DNA of 60,001 bases. Origin: Acidimicrobiales bacterium (GTDB taxonomy: Bacteria; Actinomycetota; Acidimicrobiia; Acidimicrobiales; RAAP-2). The stretch is taken from assembly GCA_025449805.1 (NCBI GenBank), contig JANWIR010000045.1, positions 1 to 60,001 of the forward strand. Reading direction: 5' to 3'. The notes under the pieces were generated by a model. That model saw only the letters and a program-made list of their open reading frames with translations. It did not search any database and was not told where the DNA came from. Below are positions 38,046-46,143 of the stretch, piece after piece (positions within the stretch are counted from its first letter, which is position 1; each line of letters begins with the position of its first letter). A program made the translations under genes and the position numbers.

Positions 38046-40286
38046 TTTCGAGGTTGGTGTGTTGGAGCCCACGGCGGTTGAGTCCAGCGGCACTAAGACG
38101 TTCGCCTCGGGGAAGTACGTCGCCGCACAGCCCCGAGGCGTGGGGTACGCCACACAGCGCAGTCCACGCAGGACCCGCTCCTCGCCCCGCCAGACGCTGA
38201 TCAGGTCGACCATGTCGCCGTCAGCGAGCGAGTGCTCGGCTAAATCGTCGGCGTTGACGAAGAGGACATTGCGGCCCGCGGAGATGCCCCGGTAGCGATC
38301 GTCGAGTCCGTACACCGTCGTGTTGAACTGATCGTGCGAACGGATGGTCTGTAACAAAAGGTGTCCCGCGGGTACCTCGGGCGCGTCGGGTGGATTGCGC
38401 GTAAAGCGGGCCTTTCCCGTTGCGGTCGGAAAGACGCGGCCGTCGTGGGGCCCTCGCGGGAGCGTGAAACCTCCGGGTCGCTCAACGCGCGCGACGAAAT
38501 CTTCGAACCCCTCCACCACGTGAGAAATATGGTGACGAATCACGCTGTAGTCCGCCGCCATGTCGCTCCAACCCAGGTCGTCGCCAAAGAGGGCTTGACC
38601 AAGTTCACAGACGATCTGTACCTCACTGCGCAGTTCGGGTGAACCGGGTTCCAGTCGTCCCCGCGACGCGTGGACCATGCTCATCGAATCTTCGACGGTC
38701 ACGAACTGCTCCCCCGACGGTTGAAGGTCGCGTTCCGTCCGACCGAGACACGGCAGCAACAGCGCCTCACGGCCGTGGTGTAAATGCGACCGATTCAACT
38801 TGGTCGCCACGTGAACCGTTAAGGCGCAGCGCGCGAGGGCCGCAGCGGTCACAGCGGTGTCCGGCGTCGCGGCGACGAAATTGCCACCCAGTGCGAAAAA
38901 GACGTCGATGTCGCCGTCGCGCATCGCACGGATGGTATCGACGGTGTCGTGGCCGTGGGCGCGCGGGGGCTCGAAGGAGAACTCCGCACCGAGTCGGTCA
39001 AGAAATGAGTCCGGCATTTTCTCCCAAATGCCCATGGTGCGGTCCCCCTGCACGTTCGAGTGCCCGCGAATCGGTGACGGACCGGCCCCGGGACGTCCGA
39101 TATTGCCGCGAAGGAGGAGAAAATTCACGACCTCACGAATCGTCGCGACGGCATTGCGGTGCTGGGTGATCCCCATTGCCCAACACACGATGACGCTGCG
39201 TGCGCCAATGACGTCGTCAGCGAATGCTTCGATGTCCGTCCGAGAGATCCCGCTCAGCGTTTCAATCGTCGACCAGGGTGTGTCGCGCCACACCTGACAC
39301 GCCTCATCGAAACCGTCGCAGAACTGCGCAATGAACGCGTGATCAAAAACGCTACCGGGTCTACTCTCTTCACGTTCGAGCAGCACTTTGTTAACACCGC
39401 AAAAGAGTGCCAGGTCGCCGTTGAGGCGAACGGGCAGGTATCGATCGGTCAGCACGGTGCCGGCGCCGACGATGCCGCGCAATTTTTGCGGATTCTTAAA
39501 GCGCGTCAAACCGGCCTCGGGCAGTGGGTTAATCGTTACGATGCGCGCGCCGCGCCTCTTCGCGGTCTCGAGAGCGGACAGCATTCGTGGATGGTTGGTG
39601 CCAGGATTCTGACCCATAATCACGATGAGTTCGGCGTGATCGGTGATGTCGTCCAAGCTCACGACGCCTTTGCCAATACCAATCGTTTCGGTCAGCGCCG
39701 CGCCGCTCGATTCGTGGCACATGTTGGAACAGTCCGGCAAGTTGTTCGTGCCGAGTCGACGCGCGAGCAATTGATACACGAACGCTGCTTCATTACTCGC
39801 CCGACCACTGGTGTAAAACGCCGCGCGATTTGGTGACGACATTGACCGGAGATGCCCCGCGGTGAGTTGAATCGCGTCGCTCCACGAAATTGGCACGTAG
39901 TGCTGCGCACCCGGCGCCAAATACATGGGTTCCGTGAGTCGGCCCTCTCGTTCGAGTTCATGGTCACTCATCGCTCGAAGTTCTTCAATGGTGCGACCGG
40001 CAAAGAAATCGCGGTCGACGCGAGCTTTCGTTGCCTCCCACGCGGCGGCCTTCGCGCCGTTCTCGCAAAACTCCGCGTGGCTTCGTTCTCCGGCCGCCGG
40101 ATCCGGCCATGCACACCCGGGGCAATCGAATCCCGCGACCTGATTAATCATTCGCAGGGTCGACACACTGCGCACGGGACCCATCTCGCCGAGGGCGTAA
40201 TCCAACGCGTGACGCACCGCGGGTATTCCGACGGAGGACTTCTTCGGATCGCTGACGCGCACCGCGTCCTCATCGTTCACTGCCAT
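38016..40286 (-). CDS. FdhF/YdeP family molybdopterin oxidoreductase
   Basis: GFDCPGCAWPD..EFCENGAKA, YTSGRASNE, NNLPDCSNMCHE, RGHSNVQGDRTMG, RSHDQFNTT, YFPEAN. Confidence 0.93.
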   Translation of the reverse strand: MAVNDEDAVRVSDPKKSSVGIPAVRHALDYALGEMGPVRSVSTLRMINQVAGFDCPGCAWPDPAAGERSHAEFCENGAKAAAWEATKARVDRDFFAGRTIEELRAMSDHELEREGRLTEPMYLAPGAQHYVPISWSDAIQLTAGHLRSMSSPNRAAFYTSGRASNEAAFVYQLLARRLGTNNLPDCSNMCHESSGAALTETIGIGKGVVSLDDITDHAELIVIMGQNPGTNHPRMLSALETAKRRGARIVTINPLPEAGLTRFKNPQKLRGIVGAGTVLTDRYLPVRLNGDLALFCGVNKVLLEREESRPGSVFDHAFIAQFCDGFDEACQVWRDTPWSTIETLSGISRTDIEAFADDVIGARSVIVCWAMGITQHRNAVATIREVVNFLLLRGNIGRPGAGPSPIRGHSNVQGDRTMGIWEKMPDSFLDRLGAEFSFEPPRAHGHDTVDTIRAMRDGDIDVFFALGGNFVAATPDTAVTAAALARCALTVHVATKLNRSHLHHGREALLLPCLGRTERDLQPSGEQFVTVEDSMSMVHASRGRLEPGSPELRSEVQIVCELGQALFGDDLGWSDMAADYSVIRHHISHVVEGFEDFVARVERPGGFTLPRGPHDGRVFPTATGKARFTRNPPDAPEVPAGHLLLQTIRSHDQFNTTVYGLDDRYRGISAGRNVLFVNADDLAEHSLADGDMVDLISVWRGEERVLRGLRCVAYPTPRGCAATYFPEANVLVPLDSTAVGSNTPTSKSIIVRLERR

Positions 40287-40786
40287 CTGGTTCCTCACCG
40301 CCGTTGTCCATCCGCCGTAGAAAGACGCTTCTCGTAACTATAGAAATGCGAATGGAGCTTTTCTTACCGACCCTCAGAGAGTGTGAGTGCTTCGGGCGTC
40401 TCGACGACGACCAGGGGTTTCAGGTAACCGTCCCACCGGGTCACGACCCAATGATCGACGGCCATTGACCCTCTACAAGAACGGGCGTCAACGAGTCCAT
40501 GCGCGTTAACGTCACCACCGGTTTCACCGAAAACTCGCGATCAGCGGTCGGCGCAACGATTGCCGAGGGTCGCACGCCAGGTACTGAGGACGTCCTAGCG
40601 CAGTGGCGCCCGGAACGCTCCATTCCGCGCGATAGTCGCGTCCCACGTCGTATTATGAACGACCTTCGCGGGCGCGGGCTTGGTCACGAGCACTGAGCTG
40701 ACACTGCCGACGATGACGCAAGGTCAGGCCGCAGGGAACCCTCGGTCTCTACACTCGAACGTCTCGTCCTCGCGACGGGACACCGC

Positions 40787-41128
40787 TTGACTCTCAATCT
40801 CGAACGTTCGAGCGATTACCCGCGCGGTCTGCCTGACACCCCACTCGGTCGCCGACTCCGCCAGCGCCGACGTTCGATACTTGCCTGTGCGGCGCTCCAC
40901 GGAGCAAGTAACGTCCGCGTCTTTGGTAGCACCGCTCGAGGTGAAGACCAACCCAATAGTGACGTTGATTTAGTGGTCGACCTGGAAGAGGGAACAGGAT
41001 TATTCGCACTGGAGGCACTTCGCAGAGAACTTACGATGATTCTGGGCACGCCCGTTGACATCGCTCCGTCAGACAGCCTCCGGCCCCGAGTTCGTGAACA
41101 GGTCGAGCGCGAGGCCATTCAAATATGA
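40787..41128 (+). CDS. Minimal nucleotidyltransferase antitoxin (MntA-like), remnant of an XRE-HTH fusion
   Basis: FGS-TARGEDQPNS-DVD (GSX10DXD); the in-frame upstream SGRREPSVSTLERL (40724-40765) has no start codon. Confidence 0.8.
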   Translation: MTLNLERSSDYPRGLPDTPLGRRLRQRRRSILACAALHGASNVRVFGSTARGEDQPNSDVDLVVDLEEGTGLFALEALRRELTMILGTPVDIAPSDSLRPRVREQVEREAIQI

Positions 41129-41520
41129 GTTCACGGCACGACGACGAACGCCTCGCCGACACTATGGACGCGATTACTGCGATTAATAGCCATCTCGCTC
41201 GGGGCGACCTCTCCGACGGGCTCATTTTTGACGCAGTTCGCCTACGGCTCATCGAGATCGGTGAAGCAGTGAAGTTGTTGGATCCCAAACTCGTCGCACA
41301 AAGGCCCGATGTCAAGTGGTCCGATGCCGCAGGAATGCGTGATTGATTAACGCACCACTACTTCGACACCTCCCGAGCGGTGGTCGAAGCAACCATCACT
41401 GAGGATCTTCCCTCACTTGAAGGAGCCGTCCTTGAACTTCAGGCACGCCTCGAACTCGCCAAAAGGCGCGAACGCGACTTGAGTCGCGATGAGAATAAGG
41501 ATCGCGGGCTTGGTCGCTGA
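41125..41520 (+). pseudogene. HEPN/DUF86 (HepT-like) RNase toxin with in-frame TGA
   Basis: DAVRLRLIEIGEAVK..W..AGMRD*LTHHYF; TGA 41344-41346 lies inside RX4HXY and the frame continues to TGA 41520. Confidence 0.85.
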
Positions 41521-41596
41521 TGCATGAAGAAAATCCGACGCGAAGATTCATGATGCTGCACCTGGTGGTCCACTAAATGGGACGCAGGTCAACGAG

Positions 41597-41670
41597 TGGG
41601 CGCTGGGGGACTCGAACCCTCGACCTCAGCCGTGTGAAGGCTGCGCTCTAACCAACTGAGCTAAGCGCCC
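41597..41670 (-). tRNA. tRNA-Val(CAC)
   Basis: GGGCGCTTAGCTCAGTTGGTTAGAGCG-CAGCC-TT-CAC-AC-GGCTG-AGGTCGAGGGTTCGAGTCCCCCAGCGCCCA; CCA not encoded; -10 TAGGAT at 41685-41680. Confidence 0.97.
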
Positions 41671-41734
41671 GGGACGACAATCCTACTGGCTGGGAGGTTC
41701 CCCCACGAAAATTGTGGCGAAGTAGCCTTCACCT

Positions 41735-42403
41735 GTGCCTGATCTCGACGACTCATCCTTGCCCAATGAAGCGCCGCGCGTGCGTCGTCGTCGCCAATCG
41801 CTCGTGCCGCGCTCGGAGATTCTGGGCCTGAATCAACTCGAGCAGCGCGTCAGTTGGGCCGCGGCCATCTTCGCGTACGCCCTCGCCGGATTCACCGCAG
41901 TGTTATGGGTACGCAACCAGCCCACTGTCACGAAGGCCCCGACGCTGACCAACGGGACGTGCCCGAAAGGGTTTCACCTGGTGTCGCGGACCTGTGAACA
42001 GATCATCCACGTCTCACAGGGTTCCTGGGAGTTCCGCTTCTTCTTCATCGTCATTGTCGCGCTGGCGTTAAGTTACTTTTCGTGGCGTCAGAAGCGCGCC
42101 GGCGTCGCGACGTTCGCGATCTTCTTGGGTCTCGGAAATGGCGTCTTCTTCGGCCCGCTCTATTTACTCCTCGGCGTCTGGCTCATCATGCGCGCGTTTC
42201 GCCTCCAAAAGTACGGCGACGCCTCGTTTAAAGGCGCGAATCGGGCCGCGCGCGAGCAGGCCGCCCAACGCAAGGTCGATCGAGGTCGTACGAAGAGCAG
42301 AAATGCCTCGGGCCGTTCGTCGTCGCCCAACGCCGCTGTCGCGAAGACGCCTACGGCGTCCAAGCGCTACACGCCCAAGAAACAGAACACGCGCCGCCGC
42401 TAG
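41735..42403 (+). CDS. Hypothetical membrane protein
   Basis: About 4 hydrophobic segments, a Cys pair in a loop, basic C-terminal tail; GTG 6 nt after TAGCCT. Confidence 0.7.
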   Translation: MPDLDDSSLPNEAPRVRRRRQSLVPRSEILGLNQLEQRVSWAAAIFAYALAGFTAVLWVRNQPTVTKAPTLTNGTCPKGFHLVSRTCEQIIHVSQGSWEFRFFFIVIVALALSYFSWRQKRAGVATFAIFLGLGNGVFFGPLYLLLGVWLIMRAFRLQKYGDASFKGANRAAREQAAQRKVDRGRTKSRNASGRSSSPNAAVAKTPTASKRYTPKKQNTRRR

Positions 42404-42405
42404 CG

Positions 42406-43140
42406 ATGAGTGATCTGGGTCTCGACTATTCAACGACGTGGGGTCGGCGTTACAGCGCTCGTTTCGTGCGTCATTTCATCCAGCACTATCTCTTCCGTCC
42501 CTACCTCCGCTGGGCCGGACACTTGGAGGTACGCGGACTCGAGAATCTCGAAGCCTCCCGACCCTTCATTTTCACCGCCAACCACGCGAGTCACCTCGAC
42601 ACAGCGCTCGTCTTGAGCGCGCTGCCGGCCAAAATTCGTAACCGCACGGTGGTCGCTGCCGCCATGGACAACTTCTTTATGGACCGACGTACCGCGCGCC
42701 GCACCGTGCTGATGTTCAACGCGATACCGGTCGATCGCCACAAGGTCAATCGACGAAGCGCCCAGATTGCGTTAGATCTCGTGGAAGATCACTGGAATCT
42801 TTTGATCTACCCCGAAGGGGGACGTACTCCCGACGGAATGCTGCACGAATTCAAAGGTGGCGCCGCCTACCTCGCCGAACGCGCGCAGGCCAACGTGATC
42901 CCCACCTACGTGCACGAATCAGGCTTCCTTCAAGGTCCTAAATGGGCGAAGGCGCCCATGTACGTCGACGCTCCGCTACAGCGTCGCCATCGAGTCATCG
43001 TGGCCTTCGGCAAACCGTTGCGCAGTGACGAGGGCGAAAGTATTCGCCACTACAACGCGCGCATTGAAGCCGCGGTCGAGGAACTCGGTCGCGAGGTCAG
43101 CGGCAACGCCGACTACGGCATCATCCGCGACGCGAGCTAA
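42406..43140 (+). CDS. Lysophospholipid acyltransferase (PlsC family)
   Basis: ANHASHLD (HX4D), IPVDR, YPEGGR. Confidence 0.88.
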   Translation: MSDLGLDYSTTWGRRYSARFVRHFIQHYLFRPYLRWAGHLEVRGLENLEASRPFIFTANHASHLDTALVLSALPAKIRNRTVVAAAMDNFFMDRRTARRTVLMFNAIPVDRHKVNRRSAQIALDLVEDHWNLLIYPEGGRTPDGMLHEFKGGAAYLAERAQANVIPTYVHESGFLQGPKWAKAPMYVDAPLQRRHRVIVAFGKPLRSDEGESIRHYNARIEAAVEELGREVSGNADYGIIRDAS

Positions 43141-43814
43141 AGACCCATCGCTCGAAGCCGCTCGGCGTAGAGCTGATCGGCCACCGTGGGCAGCGCCACC
43201 AACTCCTCGCCCACCAGCGACGCCAAGATTTCGTCCGCGAACCAGGGATTCATGGCTAACACCGGACCGTGCGCGTAGGTCGCCCAGAGACGCGCGGCAC
43301 GGTAGCCGTCAACGCGACCGTCATTGCCGCGCCCTCGTACGACGCGTCCGAGCGGCACGACACCCTCGCCGAGTGTGGTGACCCCACCGTGATTTTCAAA
43401 GCCGACGAGGTGGCGCTCGCCCACCACGACCGCAAGATCTCCCACGCTGCGCTTGGCACCGCGCGTGGTGGTCACGTCGACCAGCGCCAAGCCCTCGAAA
43501 CGATCGTCACCTTCGACGGCGAAGTTCGTGCCGAGGATCTGCAGACCGGCGCAGACCGCGAGCACGTGCGCACCGTCGTGGTACGCCTGCGCGAGTCCGC
43601 GCGCGCGCAGCAACTCCGTCGCGTGTCGCTGCGGACCGTCCTCACCGCCGCCGAGCAGAAAGAGATCCGCGGGTGGCAACGGATCCTCGACACCGACCTC
43701 CACCATCTCAACGTCGTAGCCACGTCGTCGCGCTCGCGCGCCAATCGCGAAGGCGTTGCCGCCGTCGCCGTAGGTGCCGAGTAACTCGGGCAGCAGCGTC
43801 GCGACGCGAATCAC
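43137..43814 (-). CDS. gatD: Lipid II isoglutaminyl synthase glutaminase subunit (CobQ-like)
   Basis: LGTYGDGGN, GGGED, AVCAGLQILG, GFENHGG, TYAHGPVLAMNP. Confidence 0.9.
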   Translation of the reverse strand: MIRVATLLPELLGTYGDGGNAFAIGARARRRGYDVEMVEVGVEDPLPPADLFLLGGGEDGPQRHATELLRARGLAQAYHDGAHVLAVCAGLQILGTNFAVEGDDRFEGLALVDVTTTRGAKRSVGDLAVVVGERHLVGFENHGGVTTLGEGVVPLGRVVRGRGNDGRVDGYRAARLWATYAHGPVLAMNPWFADEILASLVGEELVALPTVADQLYAERLRAMGL

Positions 43815-45025
43815 GTCGTCGACCTCGCGCGCCAGTCCTGAAATGCCGTGTAGTTCGCCAAAACCGTGACCGGACCGGTCGGTGGCGGGGGCGAATCTTC
43901 ACTACACAACACGAAGTCAACGCCCGCGTAATCGAGACACGTCGCGAGGTCGAGGCGTCGATCTCCGAAGCAGTGCACGACGCGACCGCGAAGTTCCGAA
44001 AAGGGCACGTCGTAGAGCCACGAAGGATCGCGTCCATCGGCCACGCGCGCGTTAATCGCAATCCACAGGTCCCCCGGGAGGTCGCGGACCGTCGCCAGCA
44101 TGGCGGCGAAACCCGCCGGGTTCTTCGCCAACGTGAGGCGTAGATCGTGACCTCGCCAATGGCGACGACTAAAACGTCCCGCGACTTCCGATAATCGCGC
44201 CACCCGTTCACTCGCCGACGTGAGATCAACCCCTAGTTCATCGAGCGCCGTCATGGCCATAGCCGCGTTGGCGCGATTGAAATCCCCCGGGAGTGAGAGT
44301 TCCATTGTCCACGACACGTCAACAACGTGCAGTTGCGCGCCCTCGAGCGACGTCGACGGCGTCGGCTTGGCGAATCCGCACGCGCAGTGCCAGTCCGATC
44401 CGTCGAAACGAAGCGACTGGGTGCACTTCGGACACGACACGGCGTCCGCCGTCCACGTTGTCTCGACGTTGCACCAGCGCACGTGCACGGCAGTCTCGCT
44501 GGCGTAGACGACAAGGGGGTCATTCGCGTTCGCGACCACGACGACGTTCGCCGTCTCGGCCGTGCGCCAGAGCGAACGCCACCGTTCGGCGATCGCCCGA
44601 ACTTCGTTGGACCGATCAAGTTGGTCGCGAGAAAGATTGAGTAGGACCACCACCCGCGGCGCACAGGCACGCACCACCGCGTCGAGCCACTTTTCGTCGA
44701 CCTCGAGTACGACGCGCGAACTCGACGAGGCGACGAGCGCGGCCACGTGACCCTCGGGCATGTTCGATCCCGACGTGTTACTGGCGACGTCGCCGCCCCA
44801 TCCCTCTCGGATCATCGCCGTCGTCGTGGTTTTGCCATTGGTGCCAGTCACGAGGGCAACCGCACGGCCCTTGGCGAGTACACCCAAGAGTCCGGGACGG
44901 AGTCGAAGACCGAAGCGACCACCGGCGACGGTACCCGACCCTCGACCGAGGCGTCGAGAGAGTTGATTCACGATCCGAACACCCGTCACGGCCAGTCGGT
45001 CGCGGGGTTTCAGCGCAGCCGGCAT
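43811..45025 (-). CDS. murT: Lipid II isoglutaminyl synthase Mur-ligase subunit (DUF1727)
   Basis: TGTNGKTTT, LEVDE, NLSRDQLDR, CPKC..CAC, LAKNPAG, DGRDPSWLYDV, NYTAF; ATG 45025 7 nt after TAGCGT. Confidence 0.9.
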   Translation of the reverse strand: MPAALKPRDRLAVTGVRIVNQLSRRLGRGSGTVAGGRFGLRLRPGLLGVLAKGRAVALVTGTNGKTTTTAMIREGWGGDVASNTSGSNMPEGHVAALVASSSSRVVLEVDEKWLDAVVRACAPRVVVLLNLSRDQLDRSNEVRAIAERWRSLWRTAETANVVVVANANDPLVVYASETAVHVRWCNVETTWTADAVSCPKCTQSLRFDGSDWHCACGFAKPTPSTSLEGAQLHVVDVSWTMELSLPGDFNRANAAMAMTALDELGVDLTSASERVARLSEVAGRFSRRHWRGHDLRLTLAKNPAGFAAMLATVRDLPGDLWIAINARVADGRDPSWLYDVPFSELRGRVVHCFGDRRLDLATCLDYAGVDFVLCSEDSPPPPTGPVTVLANYTAFQDWRARSTT

Positions 45026-45047
45026 ACGCTCCACGCTAATCACCTTT

Positions 45048-45133
45048 AAAAACGGCGAAAGGGCCAACCGGGGGGAGGTTGGCCCTTTCGCAAAACCATT
45101 CAGTTACTCAGGGGGGATTTGAGTACTGCGGCT
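45048..45133 (-). ncRNA. 6C-like small RNA (two hairpins with CCCCCC loops)
   Basis: Hairpin 1 at 45128-45101, loop AAUCCCCCC; hairpin 2 is a 15-bp perfect stem at 45091-45055, loop UCCCCCC, followed by CGUUUUU; candidate -10 CATACT near 45145-45140. Confidence 0.72.
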
Positions 45134-45159
45134 GAAACAAGTATGCCGTGCCGCTGACT

Positions 45160-45205
45160 ATCTCGCTACACGATAGGAGAGATAATTTCCATCTCTATAA
45201 TCGAT
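45160..45205. promoter_or_regulatory. Two LysR-type ATC-N9-GAT boxes and the lysR -10 (TATAAT)
   Basis: CTATC-N9-GATAG at 45158-45176; ATC-N9-GAT at 45191-45205 enclosing TATAAT 45196-45201. Confidence 0.6.
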
Positions 45206-45207
45206 AC

Positions 45208-46143
45208 GTGGAAATTCGCCAACTGGAGGCCCTGGTGGGGATCGCCGACTACGGCACGTTCTCGGCCGCCGCTGACGTACTGGGCACCGTGCAGTCCAAC
45301 ATCTCAAGTCGCGTCGCGCGCCTCGAGAGCGAGTTAGCGACCGAGTTGGTGGACCGCTCGACGGGGGCCTTGAGCGAGTCCGGTGCGGTGGTCGTGGAAC
45401 GAGCTCGGCGAGTCCTGCACGAGGTCCGCGCCATCGCCTCGGACATTTCCGAGCTACACGCCGATATTCGCGGTGACGTGACGCTGGGCATGATTGGCAC
45501 CGCCGGTCGTTGGGTAGTGCCCCTGTTGCTCGAATCGCTCCGGGCCAATTTCCCGCACTTGACGCTACGGATCTCCGAGGGCACCAACTCGGCCCTGGAA
45601 CCGCGTCTCGTCAATGGCCAGCTTGATCTGGCGGTACTCGCCTGGCCCATCGTTGCCCCGGAACTCACCGAAACCGACCTGTTCACCGAGGACTTGGTCG
45701 TCATTGCGCATCGCGACCACCCTCTCGCGCGCGAGCCACGACCGCTTAGCTTCGCGACGATTGCGCGCTACGACGTTCTCTTGCCCCTTCAGGGCACGCC
45801 CATCCGACGCGAGATTGATGACGCGAGTCGAGCGGTTGGCGTAGAACTCAACGCCCTCGTCGAGCTCGACGGCCTGCGGACCATTGCCTCAATGACCTTC
45901 GACGGTCACGGACCATCCATTTTGCCGGCCACGATGCTGTCGCCACACCTTCGCGCCACCTTCGTAGCGCTCGAAATCGAGGGTATCGCGCGACGTCGCG
46001 TCGTGTTGACCGCCCGACGCTACGGCTTTCCTCCGGCACCCGTGCGCGCAATTCAGTCACTCCTTATCGACGTGGTCACTCACGCGACCAACACGCCACA
46101 GGGTGTCTACCTTCCGGGTCAGCCCGTGTCGGCGACGTCGTGA
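45208..46143 (+). CDS. LysR family transcriptional regulator
   Basis: EIRQLEAL..GTFSAAA..QSNISSRVARLESEL wHTH plus substrate-binding domain; leaderless GTG 45208. Confidence 0.93.
   Translation: MEIRQLEALVGIADYGTFSAAADVLGTVQSNISSRVARLESELATELVDRSTGALSESGAVVVERARRVLHEVRAIASDISELHADIRGDVTLGMIGTAGRWVVPLLLESLRANFPHLTLRISEGTNSALEPRLVNGQLDLAVLAWPIVAPELTETDLFTEDLVVIAHRDHPLAREPRPLSFATIARYDVLLPLQGTPIRREIDDASRAVGVELNALVELDGLRTIASMTFDGHGPSILPATMLSPHLRATFVALEIEGIARRRVVLTARRYGFPPAPVRAIQSLLIDVVTHATNTPQGVYLPGQPVSATS

Larger units (their letters stand above)
35887..41596. mobile_element. Possible decayed genomic islet at tRNA-Val 3' end (no integrase seen)
   Basis: Accessory cargo and a broken TA pair directly downstream of the tRNA; the tRNA 11-mer CCTCGACCTCA recurs at 35902-35912; left boundary is uncertain. 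Confidence 0.35.

Noticed and set aside
40380-40696. Short ORF 40499-40696 as an intact gene or integrase remnant
   Set aside because: No recognisable motif or start signal; treated as island debris.
40800-40811. TCGAACGTTCGA palindrome as a LexA box
   Set aside because: The half-sites lack the required 4-nt spacer and lie in coding sequence.
41344-41346. TGA as selenocysteine recoding, given the nearby fdh genes
   Set aside because: The position is not a Cys site in HEPN, no SECIS-like hairpin was recognised, and the FdhF/YdeP frame is uninterrupted and uses Cys.
45055-45091. Hairpin as merely an intrinsic terminator
   Set aside because: The flanking genes are divergent, so no CDS ends here; the second C6-loop hairpin favours an sRNA.
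45208-46143. LysR as OxyR
   Set aside because: No redox cysteines; the region equivalent to GHCLRDQ reads QGTPIRRE.
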